Part shown: positions 36,907-55,105 of the stretch, one piece after another | Numbering within the stretch: the first letter of the stretch is position 1 | Layout of the letters: each line of letters begins with the position of its first letter | NCBI RefSeq assembly: GCF_009914755.1 | Contig: NC_060931.1 | Length of the DNA stretch: 64,000 nt | DNA from: the human T2T-CHM13v2.0 reference genome, Homo sapiens | Direction: 5' to 3' (one strand) | Notes under the pieces: model-generated | What the model was told of the DNA's origin: nothing | Seen by the model: only the letters and a program-made list of their open reading frames with translations | Database searches by the model: none | Program-made: the position numbers and the translations under genes

Positions 36907-37503
36907 TGTCAACAGAGAGAGTCAAACTCTGTAAAATAGTTGAAAAGATTTATTTTAGCCAAATATGAGTGACCCATGGCTCATGACACAGCCCTCAGGA
37001 GCTCCTGAGAACATGTGCCTCCTATGTGTTCAGGCAAGAACTTGGTTTTATACATTTTAGGGAGACAAAAGGCATCAATCAAGACATGTATGATGTACAT
37101 TGGTTAGGTCTGGAAAGGTAGGACAACTGGAAGTGGGGACTTCTAAGTCATAGGTGGATTCAAAGATTTTCTGATTGGCAATTGGTTGAAAGAGATATTA
37201 CCAATAGAAAGGAATGTCTGGGTTCCTGTGATAGGGGTTGTGGAGACCAAGGTTTTATCACGCAGATGAAACCTCCAGGTAGCAGGCTTCAGAGAGAATA
37301 GATAGTGAATAGTTCTTATCAGACTTAAAGAGTCTGTTCTATCAGTAATTCCAAAAGAGAGAAGAGTATAATGAGGTATGTCCAGCTCCCCCTTCCTATC
37401 ATGGTGTGAAGTAGTTCTTCAAGCTAACTTTGGAATGCCCTTGGCCGAGAGGAGGGGTCGATTCAGATGGTTGGGAGACTTGGAATTTTATTTTCGGTTT
37501 ACA
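36907..37503 (-). mobile_element. MER4 (B/D-like) solo LTR
   Basis: Minus strand TGTAAACCGAAAATAAAATTCCAAG... with perfect TSD GTGC. Confidence 0.82.
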
Positions 37504-37653
37504 GTGCTGATGTTCTGTTTCTCAACCTGAGTGTTGGTTACTCAAGTGGCTGCTTTGTGCTAAGCCTTTGATCTGTCCATTTCTTGATTTGTCAACACTT
37601 CTGTAGGTGTGTGGTTGTACATAATGTTTAAAAAATGTTTTAAAAAGAGATAA

Positions 37654-37950
<297 letters not shown>

Positions 37951-38120
37951 ACAACTCTGATCCCCGGATGCTTGGGGAGACTGATTTGAGTAATAATAAA
38001 ACTCCGGTCTCCCACACAGCTGGCTCTGCGTGAATTACTCTTTTGCCATTGCAATTCCCCTGTCTTGATAAATCAGCTCTGTCTAGGCAGCTGGTAAGGT
38101 GAACCCAGTGGGCAGTTACA
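37951..38120 (+). mobile_element. LTR8-like 3' fragment
   Basis: GGGGAGACTGATTTGAGTAATAATAAAACTCCGGTC...GGGCAGTTACA. Confidence 0.7.
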
Positions 38121-39837
38121 GAACGCAAGGGATGCTGGCCAACTTCTTTGGTATAGCAAGCTCTGAATAAATTGCCTTTGCCTGTTCTTATTTGGGTAGT
38201 CTCCATTTGTTTCCACAAGTGACGACAATGGCATGACATCTGAAAGGGGAGTTGTTCTATATGGAAGGGGCACAGCCACCATCTGCATCACTGAAATACA
38301 TTTCTGAGTCACTAACTATACTAATCATGCTTTCACCTCTGTGGACACATGATCTCAGCCATTATCTAACCGCTTCCACCAGTCCGCCTCAAGTTTAAGG
38401 AATATTGTAAATTGAATCCATGGTAAGGATTCTTGGGTACCACAGCAAATGATTCGTTCTTCTTTATCTATCCTCCTTTACCTGGATTCACTGACATTTC
38501 TCTTTCATAATTCATTCTCCTGCTCGTCCCTCTTTATAACCTTTCTGCATTCCAACCCTTTCCAAGCTTCTAGCCAATGTTCATTTTCCCTCTCTTACTT
38601 CCAAGGCCAGTCTTAGTCCCCAGCCCCAAACAAGGAATAAACTTTGGAAGAAGTTTCCAAAAACAGGCTTGGAATTTCCATCTGGGATATAGTATGTCTT
38701 AGGGAGATTCCATGGGAGGTCTATTCGTGATGGGTTCTGCAAAGAGGAAGAAAGAAGACCTATTTGACTTTGAAAAGCCTTGTTCCAACTGTGAGAGTCT
38801 GTAGCCTCCCGATTAGACAGAATGAAGGATGGAGTCCTGGCATTTACCCATTAAAGCAATGACGAGTAGGTCTAATTTGTGGTATCTCTAACTGATAGTT
38901 TGCATTTTAAGGTTAAGATATTTTATTGCTTCCAGATGGTCAGCTAACTTCCAGTCCGAAGAGCATTACTGCAGAGTTTAAGAATAGCTATGATGCAGAG
39001 AGAGATTTTAATTATCATGTAAAGGATCTAATTAAAAAGACACACAGTGGTCGGCTTTTCATGCGCTCAAGCCTATGAAAATCAGTAGTTTAAAAAATTA
39101 CCTTAAGGAGGAAATTGGAAAATTATTCAATTTGGAGCAGAGATACTTGAAAAATTTCTCAAATTGGTGAACTAGAATTAGGTTAACTGCCTGTTTCTAG
39201 GTACCTTGATTTTCATGTTGTTCCTTCTATCCTGTTATATGGCACAGACTTGTGAAGGTTCCCTAAGTCTTTTTACTTGTTAGTTTATTTCCGGAAGGAA
39301 TAAGGAAGATTCTCTCCAATCAGTCAATCAAGCAAGCAAGTAAGCAAGCAAGCAAGTGATCAGTTTCTTGGGCTCTGAACTAACTCTGGGTTCAGATCCT
39401 GATACTTCCATTTATTGCATGATGTTGGGCAAAGTACATACTCCCTATGAGCCTCATTTTCCTGATCTATAAAATGATAAGGTTTCTGGAGATTTCACAA
39501 GGCAATCAATGAAAGTTAGCTCTTGCTATCTGCAGAGTTTTAGAACCTGCACCTATTCACAGGTGACGGTGAGGACTCTATAGAAGACAGATGATTACTG
39601 GGGAAGATTCTACAGAGAGATACTCCGCATGTGCCCTGTCTTCTCTGTAACATCCTCTTCCTGATGCCTGAGCTGTGCAGCATACGAATATTTTGCAAGA
39701 AGAGCAGTGATGTTGGTAGAAGTTGTGGGACACAGAGTCCTGCTGGGGCCAACTGGGATCTTTGGAGTTAATGACTTAGAACCAGGAAGCTGCTGATGTG
39801 TGATACAGCGAGCTTGAATAGAAAATGTTTTTCCCAC

Positions 39838-39995
39838 TTCCCTCCCTCCTTTCCCTCCCTCTCTCCTTCCCTCTTTTCTTCCTTCCTTTCTTCTTTCCCT
39901 CCCTCCCTCCCCTCTTTTTCCTTTCTTCTTTCCTTCCTTCCTTCTTGCCTTCCTGCCTACCTGCCTTCCTGCCTTCCTGCCTTCCTGCCTTTCTG
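39838..39995. repeat. (CCTT)n/(CCTG)n pyrimidine-rich low-complexity repeat
   Basis: Seen directly in the sequence. Confidence 0.9.
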
Positions 39996-40244
39996 CCATG
40001 TTCAGAAGTCAGACTTAAAAGAATAAGAAAAAGGTTTCTAGGCCATACCTCTTTTTTCCAAGAAAAAAAAAAAAAGCACAGAACACTAACTAAATGCAGC
40101 AGATGTCAGCCACATCCAGAAGTCCAGGCCAGTTCACCTAACTCTTGTGGACACTGAGGTTCTGATAATTAGTATAACTAGTTCTGATAACTAAGATAGG
40201 CCAAGTCACTCCCTGCTGCCAGTTACACAGAGGAGTGGGACTTG

Positions 40245-41600
40245 TGCCCAGAATGTATACAGAGCTCTAATGACTCAATAAAATAATAAATGATCTATAG
40301 AAAAATAGGAAAAGGATTTGAATAAATACTTCACAAAAGAAGATCTATGAATGACCTACAGGCACATGAGAAGGTGCTTTCCATAATTCATCATCAGGGA
40401 AAATGCAAACTAGAACCACAATGAGAAAACATTTCCTACTCACTAAAATGGCTAAAATGAAAAAGACTGATTTTACTAAGTACTGGTGAAGAGGTAGAAG
40501 AGCTGAATTTCTGATGTGTTGCTGATGGGAACACAGCAACTCTGGAAACCAGTTTAGGAGTTTCTTATGAAGTTAAATATAAAGGTACCATATGTTCTAG
40601 GAATTCTACTCCTAAGCATTTATTTACTTAAGAGAAATAAGGTGGGGCTCAGTGGCTTATGCCTGTAATCTCAGTACTTCGGGAGACTGAGGCGGGAGGA
40701 TTGCTTGAGCCCAGGAGTTCCAGATCAGCCTGGGTAACAGTGAGACCCAGTATCTATTTAAAAGAAAAAAAAAGAGAGAAATAAAAACATACATCCATAC
40801 AAAGGCTTATGTAGGAGTGTTCACAGCAGTTTTATTTCTACTAGCAAAAACTGGAAACAATCTAATGTCCATCAACATGCGAATAGATAATAAAATTGGA
40901 ATATCTCCATAACATCCATAACATGGAATATTATTACTCAACATCAAAAAAGTATGGATTATTGGCTGGGTGTGGTGGCTCATGTCTGTAATCTCAGCCT
41001 TTTTGGGAGGCCGAGGTGGGTGAATCACTTGAGGTCGGGAGTTCAAGACCAGCCTGGCCAACATGATGGAATCCCTGTCTCTACTAAAAACACAAAACTT
41101 AGCTGGGTGTGGTGGCATGTGCCTGTAATCCCAGCTACTCGGGAGGCTAAGTCAGGAGATTCACTTGAACCCGGGAGGCAGAAATTGCAGTGACCCAAGA
41201 TGGAGCCACTTCACCCCAGCCTGGGCAACAGAGCGAGACTCTGTCTCTAAAAAAAAAAAAAAAACAATGTGTGAACTATTGATAGATGTTACAATATGAA
41301 TGAATCTCAAAATATTTTTTATTCTGAAAGAAAGAAGTCAGCCAAGAAAAAGTATCTATTGTATAAATGCATTTATACGGAAAGTAAATTAATGCTTTTC
41401 TGGGCCTGGAATTGGGAAAGATTGACTGCAGAGGGGCATGAGGGAAGTTTAGGGGATGATGAAAAGATTCTCTGTCTTGAAAGTGGAGGTCATATTTTGG
41501 TTGTTACATGAATGAATGTATTTGTGAAAACCCACTGAAATGTACACTTAGGTGCATTTTATTCTGTGTAAATTACACTTAGATAAAATTGATTTAAAAA
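40245..41600 (+). mobile_element. L1ME-like 3' end with FLAM (~40642-40775) and AluS (~40964-41265)
   Basis: Degenerate L1 ORF2/3' UTR motifs with Alu insertions. Confidence 0.7.
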
Positions 41601-41635
41601 AAAAAAACAGAGAAGGCTAACTCTAAAGCCAAACC

Positions 41636-41968
41636 AAGCTGGGTGCAGTGGCTCATGCCTATGATCCCAGTGCTTCAGGAGGCTGAGGCAGGAGGATTGC
41701 TTGAGGCTAGGAGTTCAAGACCAGTCTAGGCAATATAGCAGGATCCCATCTCTACAAAACAAAACAAGAAACCAAAAACACTTTTCCAGGCATGGTGGCA
41801 TGTGCCTGTGGTCTCCTAATCGGGAGACTGAAGTGGGGGAATTGCTTGAACCCAGGAGTTCAAGGCTGTAAACAGCTATGATAATGTCACTGCACTCCAG
41901 CCTGGATGACAGAGCAGACTCTGTCTCTAAAAAAACAAACTTAAAATCCAAACCAAAAACACAACCAC
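41636..41968 (+). mobile_element. AluJ
   Basis: Diverged dimer. Confidence 0.85.
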
Positions 41969-41970
41969 AG

Positions 41971-42264
41971 TTTTTTTTTTTTTTGAGACGGAGTCTCGCT
42001 CTTCGCCCAGGCCGGACTGCAGTGGCACTATCTTGGCTCACTGCAAGCTCCGCCTCCTGGGTTCATGCCATTCTCCTGCCTCAGCCTCCTGAGTAACTGG
42101 GACTACAGGTGCCCACCACTGCACCTGGCTAATTTTTTGTATTTTTAGTAGAGACGGGGTTTCACAGTGTTAGCCAGGATGGTCTCGATCTCCTGACCCC
42201 CTGATCCGCCCGCCTTGGCCTCCCAAAGTGCTGGGATTACAGGTGTGAGCCACCACGCCCGGCC
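41971..42264 (-). mobile_element. AluY-subfamily element
   Basis: Antisense dimer with the variant CACTGCAGTCCGGCCTGGGCGAAGAGCG. Confidence 0.9.
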
Positions 42265-43059
42265 AATCACAGTTATGTTAAAGACTTCTGAATGGGCTGA
42301 AGAATTACTATGGACCTGTAACCAAAACTCATAGGAGGAAGGAAACTCAACTGAGCCAAATGAGAAATTTTCATGGTTTCTTCAGGAAGAATTTCTTTCT
42401 TTTTTTCTCTTTTTCTCCAGAGGAATTTCCCATCTATAGTGGTTTACAGACAGCTGTGTTTCTCCAACCACGTTTGTGGTCTGGCTGGTGAAGACTGAAG
42501 GACAGATCGTGGTTACATGGTTCTATGTAAAATGACATTGATCACGTTGAGAATAAAACTAAGTTTCTTGTAAGTGGCAGATGATAATGGAAGATTAGGG
42601 GTTTCTGGACTCAGAAAATGCCAGTGAATATGCTTTCATAAGTCTATACTGAGACAGGAATGTTCTAAGATTGGTGATGATATTATACATGTGAAGGCAC
42701 AGGGCAGATATTTTGCTGTTGGCTTCATGGATCCCCATAAAGAAAATCTTGCTGTGAATTCTCTGCTGTATAGAGCACATGTGGGTTTTCTCCTCCTATG
42801 AGATTCAAATATCACCTTTATTTTTTGTATATAGAAATAAAAGTCTGTACATGCAACCGCAGACACAAACCAAATTCCAGTGGAAATACTCTGTATTTCA
42901 GGCTGAAGAACATAAAACAAGGACCACGGTGGTCAGCCTTGTGACCCATCTAGTCCAGAGACCGGTCTTTTATTTCTTCAGTTCATGAATTCATTGGCTT
43001 ATTCAGCCAACATTCATAGTGAAGCTACTATGTGCTCAGTGTTGAAGACACAGAATGTG

Positions 43060-43365
43060 GCTTCTTTCTTTTTTTTTTTCCTTGAGACACAGTTTCACTT
43101 TGTCCCCCAAGCTGGAGTGCAGTGGTGTGTTCTCAGCTCACTGCAACCTCCACCTCCTGGCTTCAAGGACCTCTCGTGCCTCAGCTTCCCAAGTAGCTGG
43201 GGTTCAGGCACAGGCCAACATGCCTGGCTAATTTTTGTATTTTTAGCAGAGACGGGGTTTTGCCATATTGGCTAGGCTGGTCTCAAACCCCTGACCTCAA
43301 GTGATCTGCCCACCTTGGCCTCCCAAAGTGCTGGGATTACAGGCGTGGGCCACAGTGCCTGGTCC
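43060..43365 (-). mobile_element. AluS
   Basis: Antisense dimer. Confidence 0.88.
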
Positions 43366-43523
43366 AGAATGTGCTTTCTGACTTTTAAGTCTCTCACAGC
43401 CCACTGGGTAACACAATAAACAAATAATTACAATGCAATATGACAATCTAGGTGAGCATCCATAATGTTTTGAGAATGCACACAGGGAGTAATTTACACA
43501 ACCTAGGGAATTAGGAGAGATTT

Positions 43524-43589
43524 TGCGTGCACGCGCACACGTGCACACACACACACACACACACACGCATGCACGTATGCACGCACACA
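43524..43589. repeat. (CA)n/(CG) alternating purine-pyrimidine microsatellite
   Basis: Seen directly in the sequence. Confidence 0.9.
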
Positions 43590-43871
43590 GAGATGCCCAA
43601 GTCCAGTTTGGTAAGAAATCGTTGGCCTTCAACATTTTCTCAAACAATCCATGATGAACATATCATCCATGGATTTCTTTAAACCAACATAAGGCTGAAA
43701 ATAACAAACAAAAGAAATAAGTAAAAGAGAAAAGTTGCTTCGTATGTTTCTTCTAGTTCTGTGATAAAAAGGATGTATCATCATATTTCCTTTATCCTAC
43801 TAATGCAAAACCCATCTTCTGGATATGAAAAAAGAAAATAGCATGTTGGTATAATTTTTTTATTCTTCTAC

Positions 43872-44173
43872 TTTTCTTTTTTTTTTCAGTCGGAGTCTCA
43901 CTCTGTTGCCCAGGCTGGAGTGCAGTGGCTCAACCTTGGCTCATGGCAACCTCTGCCTCCCAGGTTCAAGTGATTCTTCTGCCTCAGCCTCCTGAGTAGC
44001 TGGGATTATAGGCACCCATCACCACGCCCGGCTGATTTTTGTATTTTTAGTAGAGACGGGGTTTTGCCATGTTGGCCGGACTGGTCCTGAACTCCTGACC
44101 AGGTGGGTGTGATCTGCCCACCTCTGCCTCCCAAAGTGCTGGGATTACAGGCGTGAGCCACTGCACCTGGCCC
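43872..44173 (-). mobile_element. AluS
   Basis: Antisense dimer. Confidence 0.9.
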
Positions 44174-45386
44174 ATCTAATTTATTAATGTATATGGATGT
44201 ATTTACTGGTTGCTATTATGCAATTATGCAGATACATTTCCCCCCAGATCCACAAGATACTTGGATTTGGTTACCTAATTCTTGATTTCCATTCTTTGTC
44301 CTGACTTTTTTTCCTTTGAGATAGCTTCAACCTACTTGTCCTAGGCAAAAAAGATCAATAAGAAAAAATGTCATTTGCGATTTTTTTAATGACATTATGA
44401 AAATGCAGTTTAATAATACAGCACTCTGGGCTGATTGTGTAATGAGAAGGAGAGGAAAGCCTTTATTTCTTGCTCCTTGATTTGAATCCAAACCAGGTTG
44501 GTGTCCAATCCTCTGAGAAACCTATGGTGTCAGCCTCTACGCCCTGCTTTCTCCAAGGGATCTCTGTCCTCCCAGTTGTGGGTGTGTGATGTCTACCCAC
44601 TTCAAGCCATACCCAGGCTCAACCCCATTCCCTGGTCTGAGAGTCAGCTTGGCCTCAGTCAGCAGGACGCTTAGACTCAGGGAGATAGGATATACAGTGT
44701 TTACAGGCTCAGCATCTGCTGGGCCCGGCTGCTGATCCAGCTCTGACCACATGGCCCAAGCTCAAGGCTGCCCTTGAACCCTCATTCTCTCTCTGGTTCC
44801 CTGTATCCAGGCCAATTCCTCAATCCTCTGCTTGGTAGCCATTAGTTAGGTGCCAGCTATTTCATTGTCAATGTCCTCTCCTGGGTCCCTGTACCCCCAA
44901 CCTGTGGCTTCCTCTGTGGCCTGAGGACAGAGCAAACTGGTATGAATAAGATCCCTGTGTATCTCCTACCCTCAGGTGATCTGGCACTCAGTTTCCCGTT
45001 GCTGGGCCTCTCACCTATTGTTGCTCCTTGAATGTCACCTTTCACCTGCCCACCTGGGCTGTTTCCATCACCTCCTATTGGTTTTGCCTCCATCCCCAGT
45101 GCCTGCTGTCCTGCCCTCCTACCTCCCACAGTGCCCTGTGGACACCATCCCCTGAACGACACCCAGCCACACCTACACCTAGCAGCCCACCTTCGGTCTA
45201 TCTCATCTTCCTGTGGTTGGATCTCCCATATATAGTGAAGATAAAAAATGGTCATTTGCAAGACTTTCCTCATTTGCTCTACGGCAGTATTTGCTAAAGT
45301 GTGGCGTCCATACCTCTGACGCCATCAGGGACGTCTATGGATGGGCATGTTTTGTAAAAAAGTTAATCACTTAATGTACATTATGA

Positions 45387-45818
<432 letters not shown>

Positions 45819-46959
45819 AAAATATAGCTTTCAAAACAAACCAGCGAGAAAGGCATCAGCCCACTCTGGTTCAGAACTCAAACTCAGACTTCCCGGTTCA
45901 AAGCCTGGTTCTTCAGCAAGCAACTAAACGTCTCCATGCCTCAATTCCCTAATTTGTTAAATGGGCATGATAATAATGGTACCTACCTTATAGAATTCTT
46001 GGGAGGACAAAAATAATTTCATGCACGTGAAGCCTTCAATAAGTTAAAACAAAGCATGAGGCATAGTAAGCATCTAATGATATTTGCTTTATTACTTTGT
46101 GAATATATAGCTAATTGAAAAGAGGAGTGAGCTTTTTTAATTAAAAAATGGGGCTGGGCATGATGGCTCATGCCTGTAATCCCAGCACTTTGGGAGGCCA
46201 AGGCCAAGAGTTTGAGACCAGCCTGGTCAACATAGTGAGACCCCATCTCTAAAAAAAAAGAAAGCAGATAATAGTACAGTTGGTACTTACACATTAAGAG
46301 ATTGATAAATATACCCATTAGGGAAGGCTAAGCTGCTGTAACAAACAGATTGCTCAAATTCAGTAGCTTAATGTACAAGAAGTTTATTATTTTCTTAACG
46401 GTATAGGATAAGTATTTCTGGTTAGCAAGTGGTTTTCCTCCATGCGGTATCTCAGGGCCCCAGGATACCTTTGTCTTGTCATCATCATCTGCATGCTCAA
46501 GGCTGGGTTTCAACTTTCAGATTCTAGCACACAGAAAAGGGGAAAAGAAGAACTTGAAAGAGGCCTAGAGATATCTGAAAGCTTCTAACCCAGACAGCTC
46601 ACATTTGACTATAACTTAGTTATACGTTCACTCCTAACAACAAGGGAGACTGGGAAAAGAAGTCCAGCATGTCCCAGGCTTGGATGCACAGGTAGGTAAC
46701 TCAATGTAAATGAATGAAGTTTGGGAAATACTGGTTTCGAAGTGTGTGGCAGGATTCTTCTTAGGGGCAGGGCCAAGGAGCAAGATAGCAGGAAAGGCTT
46801 CCCCATGACAGGCAAGGGCCGGTGAATTTTAGGCCCACTGATACTTAATATTGAATTTTACTTTTCCCCATTCTCCATTGTAATTCCCTGACACACTCTG
46901 CTCTTACATAAAATCTGTTAACATACAACTTGCTTGGAGGTGCCTGGGGCAGGAAGAAT

Positions 46960-47470
46960 GGAATTTGACAGAATAATCCCCACCGCAAAGATGTCATTAC
47001 TGTAATACCCAAGAACCTATGAATATACAGTGTTAGCTTACATGGCAAAAGGGACTTTGCAGATGTGATTAAAACTAAAGACCATGAGATGGGAGATTAT
47101 CCTAGATTATCCAGGTGGACCCAATCTAATCACACGAGTCTTCAGCAGTGGAGAATCTTTTCTGGTTGTGATCAGAGAACCGGAGACATGGCAGCGTGAG
47201 AAAATTACAGCCTGACATAGTTTGCTTTGAAGACGGAGAAAGGGGTCATGAGCCAAGCACAGTGGGAAGCTTCAAGAAGCCAGAAAAGGGAAGAAAAGAT
47301 TGTTCCCTGGAACTTCCAGAAAGGAGTGTAATTCTGACAACACCTTGATCCTAGCCCAATGCCATCTGTGTTGGATTTCTGACCTCCAGAACTGTCAGAT
47401 AACAAATTTATGCAGTTTTAAGCCACTGAGTTGGTGGTAATTTTTCACAGGAACTACAGAGAACTAATAT
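46960..47470 (+). mobile_element. MLT1 (C/D-like) MaLR LTR
   Basis: ACATGGCAAAAGGGACTTTGCAGATGTGATTAA...TTTAAGCCACTGAGTTGGTGGTAATTT...AACTAATA. Confidence 0.8.
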
Positions 47471-47508
47471 AGGAACCTACGTCCCTGGTTGAGAAGAAAT
47501 GTTAGTGA

Positions 47509-47820
47509 GGACTGGGCTTGGTGGCTCATGCCTATAATCCCGGTGTTTTGGAAAGCCCAGGCTGGAGAATTACTTGAGGACAGGAGTTTCAGCCCAGCCT
47601 GGGCAATACAGCAAGAACCCATCTCTACAACATAAATAAATAAATAAACAAATAAATAAATAATTAGCTGGGCATGGTGGCACATGCCTGTAGTCTCAGC
47701 TACTCGGGAGGCTGAGGCAGGAGGATTGCTTGAGTCCAGTAGGTCAAGGCTGCATAAGCTATGATCATACCACTGCATTCTAGCCTGGGTGACAGAGGGA
47801 GACCCTGTCTCAAAAAAAAT
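47509..47820 (+). mobile_element. AluJ
   Basis: Dimer; AAATGTTA on both flanks. Confidence 0.88.
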
Positions 47821-48479
47821 GTTAATGAAGGGAGATGAAGACATGGACAAATGTTGACCAGGTGACCAAAAGTTCTATGGAGCCCAGCGTAGCAACCAGA
47901 GTTAGGTGGCTTCCAATCTAGATGAGCTAGATGAGCAACCCAGAGAATCTCTCCCTTGGAAGTACTTGGAGAGGGCACTGGACTTCCCGTAGCAGCTGAG
48001 ATGGAGGATATTAAATGGAAGGGTAGCCCATGAGCCTGGGGAACTTGAGGATGATCCATTTACATGTTCTTGGCTATGAATTAAGTTAAAGATGGCCAAG
48101 GTAAAATCCCACAAACTTTTATTTATCCCAGAAATTCTACCTGTGCCATGAAAACTCCAGTAATCTTGCTCATTTCCAAAGCTCTTGCAGAATGCTATGG
48201 GCTATTCTGAGTGAGCTGTTAAAATTATGCTTCCCTGGGTGTTTTCTCCAAACAAGTTGTCCCATTCAGCAAAAATAACTCAAGAAGCTGTAGTTTCAAA
48301 GACTACCTCCTGAGGCTTTGTGAAACCACCCAGGGTAGCTGGCCTTGAGGCTAAGTCACCACCCATTACAGAGAGGTAGTTCTCCCCTATCAACTAGCAA
48401 ATATAGAATGAGAAAGGCATTGAGGGTAAACAAATATGCATTTATTACAACTTTGGTGTGTAGGTGATTGGATATCTGG

Positions 48480-49433
<954 letters not shown>

Positions 49434-50011
49434 GAAGGTGTATCTAGAACACTCACAAGCAGAGTTCTAGACCTTTAAAAAGAGGATGGAATCAGTGGCT
49501 AAACAAATAAATGCCTCCAGCTCGTGACCCTGAACATCCATATTTATTCTTGTCAACTGAGAGCAGGACTTGCCAGGCAGGACCAGAATTGCATGGGCAC
49601 TGAGTGCAGTCAGGGGGTGTGGGTGAGTATGGAGGGCCCTCCGTAGCTGTTCCCCTTGTGAGTGATGTTCCTTTGAGGTTTGAACCCTGGTCATCCCCTG
49701 TCGTTCCCAGATGCCCCACTCAGGCCTGAGTCCTGCTGAGCAGGGTCAGGCCGACACTGCATCTGTGTGGCCTGTGACAGTGACAGCTCAGTCTCTCGGC
49801 CTCTCCACACACTCACCCCAAAGCAAGCACTGATCCTATTAAGGGTTTATTCATAGCAACAACAGGAAATGGAGAGGCAGTGAAAAGTCAGTGAAAAGTC
49901 ACCTCCTGTGTTCCTCCTTTTTCCTTTTTCCACTTAGAATCCTTAAAGACAGGCAGTCTTCCGGTTCTACAAACCTTTAATACATTTAGAAAAGATACAC
50001 AGATTGAGTAA

Positions 50012-50925
<914 letters not shown>

Positions 50926-51465
50926 CTAGCTACAATTTAATAACGTTAACATTATGATTTATTTACCATTTGTCTTTCCTGGTAGACAATAAGCCCCATG
51001 GGGGCAGGAAACATGTACCCACCCTGCCCTGCACAGAACAGCACATTGTAAGCCCTCATTAAGAGTTCAGTGGATGAATAGTCACTTAGTAGATTTTAGA
51101 TACATTGTAGATGATTTCTAGACAAACAGTTGCACGTGTTAGGAGCTCTTTGATAGGGCTCTGCAGAGGAGTGGGATTTTAAACTGGGCCTTAAGAGGGT
51201 CTGGTTAAAGGGAATCCAACAGTAGAAAGGATGTATCTTAATGAAAATACAACCCCAGGGCTGCTATGCAACTTGGCTAGTAGGCTTCAATTGCTTTTTC
51301 ATGGTGGATCTTATCAGGAAAAGACGTGAAACATGCACACCTGTTACATGTATATTTATTTAAAAATTATTTACATGCATGACTGCTTGTATTAGTTGCA
51401 TATACTAGAAGACAGAAGCTCCAATATTTTCTTCCTGTATCCCAGTGGGTTGTCTTATATCCACA

Positions 51466-52537
<1,072 letters not shown>

Positions 52538-52625
52538 ACTGTAGTAATTTTAATAGTTAACTATTGTAACTATTGTAGTATTGTAGCCAATTGTAGTAAT
52601 TAATAGTTAATAACAACATTAACTA

Positions 52626-52705
52626 TTAGGTTGGTGCAACAGTAATTGTGGCTTTTGCCATTAAAAGTGATGACAAAACCCACAATTACTGTTGCACCAA
52701 CGTAA
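52626..52705. mobile_element. MADE1 (Hsmar1-derived mariner MITE)
   Basis: 80-bp palindrome TTAGGTTGGTGCAA...TTGCACCAACGTAA flanked by TA. Confidence 0.92.
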
Positions 52706-52724
52706 TAATACTTATTGAGTGCAG

Positions 52725-53780
<1,056 letters not shown>

Positions 53781-53784
53781 GGTG

Positions 53785-53970
53785 CTTATTAGATGCCTAG
53801 CACTGAGCTAAGCAATTTACACATATTAGCTCATTTATGCTTGCAACTTCAAGAGGTAATATTATGGATATTATTCCTGTTTGACAGCTAGAAAAATAAA
53901 AATGGGTAATGCCCAGAGAAGTGAGGTAATTTGCTCAAGGTCACACAGCAGATTCAATGGTGAGGCTAGG
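53785..53970 (-). mobile_element. MIR
   Basis: CCAGAGAAGTGAGGTAATTTGCTCAAGGTCACACAGC core. Confidence 0.75.
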
Positions 53971-54146
53971 CTGATGCATGTACAATGCCTGACACACAAT
54001 ACCTAGGCACTGAGCACAGTCAGCACAGCTTGGTCTCTCCCTGTTTACTTATCTCCCGTGTAAGCTCCCCACCACTGCTACACTGTGAATTCTTGAAGCG
54101 GGGAGGTAGATTCATGTCTTTTTGTTTCCTCCTTTAAAAAATCTGT

Positions 54147-55105
<959 letters not shown>

